Shown piece by piece: positions 61,820-64,000 of a stretch of DNA of 64,000 nucleotides (position 1 is its first letter; each line of letters opens with the position of its first letter). The DNA comes from Selaginella moellendorffii. Its lineage: Eukaryota > Plantae > Lycopodiophyta. Under the pieces are notes generated by a model. The model was not told the origin of the DNA and ran no database searches. It saw only the letters and a program-made list of their open reading frames with translations. The position numbers and the translations under genes were made by a program. Location: the NCBI RefSeq assembly GCF_000143415.4, contig NW_003314303.1, positions 97,579 through 161,578 of the forward strand, given 5' to 3'.

Positions 61820-63520
61820 GACATTGCTCAACATGCCACCATGCCATCACCTCCATGCTTGTTGTGCGAACTGGGCTGTGCACTGCCATTGTGCAATGTG
61901 GGCCGTGCTAGACAAGACCACACACAGGCAAGAATGGCCGGGCCTGGCTGAGCACCGTGCTACACTAGGCAAGCCAAGCTGTGCCTTGTGCTACACTGCA
62001 TGGGCCAGGCCTGCACACCTTGTCCACGACCGCCATGCCTAGTGCCGCACAATACTAGCCAAGACGGTGTGCATATGGGTCTCTGCACCACACCGCATGG
62101 GGCAAACTGCCAGCATGGCATGCCACATTGGCATGAAAACCGTGGCCACCACACCCTACCCACTATAATGCCATGGCATACAGTACACCAATGAACCATG
62201 CGTTAGTGTCCGGCCCATATGGTGTGGGGCAGAGCACAGTAGCTGCAACGTCGTGCCGCATGGCATGCCATCTTAAACCATCCACCCCACATGATGTTGG
62301 CTAGGCCAGTATGCTGTATGGCACAGTGCCACGGCCTCATGTAGGCTGGCACTCATTCGGCCCAGTACACTAGTGAACTGGCTTGGGTGGCTAGGGCAGC
62401 ATAAATGCTCAACCGGGCCCAATACACTAGCACACTGTGGCATGGCACTGTGGTCCCACATAGCACGATGTGGCCCGGGTGCTTGGCCAAGCACAACATG
62501 CTAGCAAACTGGCCCGAGTGGTCCAAATGGCTTGGGCACTTGGCTGGGCCCAGTACGGTAGTGAACCAGCCAGCAGGGGCTGTGGAGCCTAGATGCTCAA
62601 TACACTGGTGAACCAGCCCACATAGGCCATGTGGCCCAAGCACTCAGCCAGGTCCAATATGCCAGTAAACTATGGCACAACACCGCAGCTCTATGCAGTA
62701 TGACATGGCTTGGGTGCTCAGCTGGGCACAGTATGCCGGTGAACTGGCTCGGGCAGGTGGGGCAGGCCAAGCGCTCAGCCAGGCCTAGTACGCTAGCAAA
62801 CTAGCAAGACACCATGGCCCACAGTACACCAGCAAACCGTGTGTGAGCGCTTGGCCCCTTACCGTGTGATGCAAGGCATGCCATCTTGACCTATCCGCCC
62901 TGTCCACCCTACATGACACTGGCCAGGCTGGTATGCTGAATGGCATGGTACTGGCCAGGCATATGGCTGGCCTTGGTACGCTGGTGAACTGGCCTGGGCG
63001 GCCCGGGTGGCCCAAGAACTCGGCTAGGCCTGATACACTGGCAAACCAGCGTGCATGAGCCAAGTGATCTGGGCACTCAGTCAGGCCCAGTATGTCAGCA
63101 CACCATGGCATAGCACTGTGGCCCCATATGGCACATGTGGCCCGGGTGCTCAGCTGGGCCCAATATGCCAGCACACCGTGGCACGGTGCCGCAGCCCCAT
63201 GCAAAATAACGCAGTGCAGGTGCTTGGCTAGGCATGGTATGCTGGTGAACTGGCCCAAGAGGGCCAGGCAGCCCAAGCACTCAAGCTGGTATGGCGGCAA
63301 ACTTGCCCCCACAGGCCATGTGGCTTAGGCACTTGGTAGGGTGCAGTATGCCGGTGAACAGGCCCATATAGGCCATATGGCCTGTGTGTTCGGCCAAGCC
63401 CGGTATGCTAGCGAACCAGATCAAGCAGGCTAGATGGCTTGAGCACTCGGCTAGGCCCAATACACACTAGTGAACTAGCTTGCATGGAGTGGTGGGCTTG
63501 AGCACCACCTCCTATAGCCG
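61820..63520. repeat. GC-rich degenerate tandem repeat (~50-bp units)
   Basis: Recurrent GCTGGTGAACTGGCCC...GCACTCGGCYRGGCCCAGTAYGC motifs and GCACCGTGGCAYGG blocks. Confidence 0.75.
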
Positions 63521-63794
63521 GTATGCTAGCCTACCAATGGATGACCACTACACAACCACTTCTTATGCATTTTTCTTTTTGTTTCTTTAGAATGAGTTTT
63601 TCTCATTTTCAGAAACAAAAACAATTACAAAAGAATAAAGATGTTAGATCAAAGAGAACAAGAATGAGGAATATAAGGCCCAAGATGACAACCAATTTAA
63701 CTTTCAAATTGAGATTTCCATAGTGACAACTTTACTGTTTATATTGCTAACTTTGCAACTAGATAGCTCCGTTCCACATTCACCCCAATTTTTG

Positions 63795-64000
63795 CCATCG
63801 CCACTACCACTACCATTATCGCCACCACCACCTTCACCACCATTTCCACCACCATCACCACAATTACCACCATTGCCACCATCATCGCCATGACCACCAC
63901 TATCACTATTGTCATCACCACCACCAATGCCATTGCAACCATTATCATCACCCCTATTACAGCCACTAGTGCCGTTGCCACCACCTCAAATACCACTACT
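63795..64000. repeat. Degenerate (ACC/CCA)n trinucleotide repeat
   Basis: ccactaccactaccattatcgccaccaccaccttcaccacc... continuing to the window end. Confidence 0.85.

Noticed and set aside
63739-63996. Hydrophobic Val/Met-rich ORF
   Set aside because: It is a translation of the degenerate ACC trinucleotide repeat.

Overview
Eukaryotic plant nuclear DNA, most likely a lycophyte such as Selaginella moellendorffii (inferred from the very short ~50-70 bp introns, high gene density and miR159 sequence). A gene-rich core (~6.5-45.6 kb) is flanked by two AT-rich transposon graveyards. Core genes: a CFAP97/Hemingway-like protein, a DExH-box RNA helicase with dsRBD, an organellar-type His-tRNA synthetase followed by orphan in-frame exons, a HAM-type GRAS factor with a miR171 site, an inverted head-to-head FAD6 pair, mitochondrial PDH E1-beta, an OTU1/YOD1-type deubiquitinase, a MIR159 hairpin, a ~9x FN3 tail-anchored protein and a VQ protein. 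The left flank holds a decayed Ty3/gypsy element with a Tf1-like self-priming structure and a 5S-rRNA-carrying (Cassandra-like) TRIM. The right flank holds nested gypsy elements, a structurally intact TRIM with TSD, a second Cassandra-like TRIM with a triplicated LTR-end/PBS, Mutator-like remnants and GC-rich tandem repeats. Gene models were spliced by eye, so boundaries are approximate.
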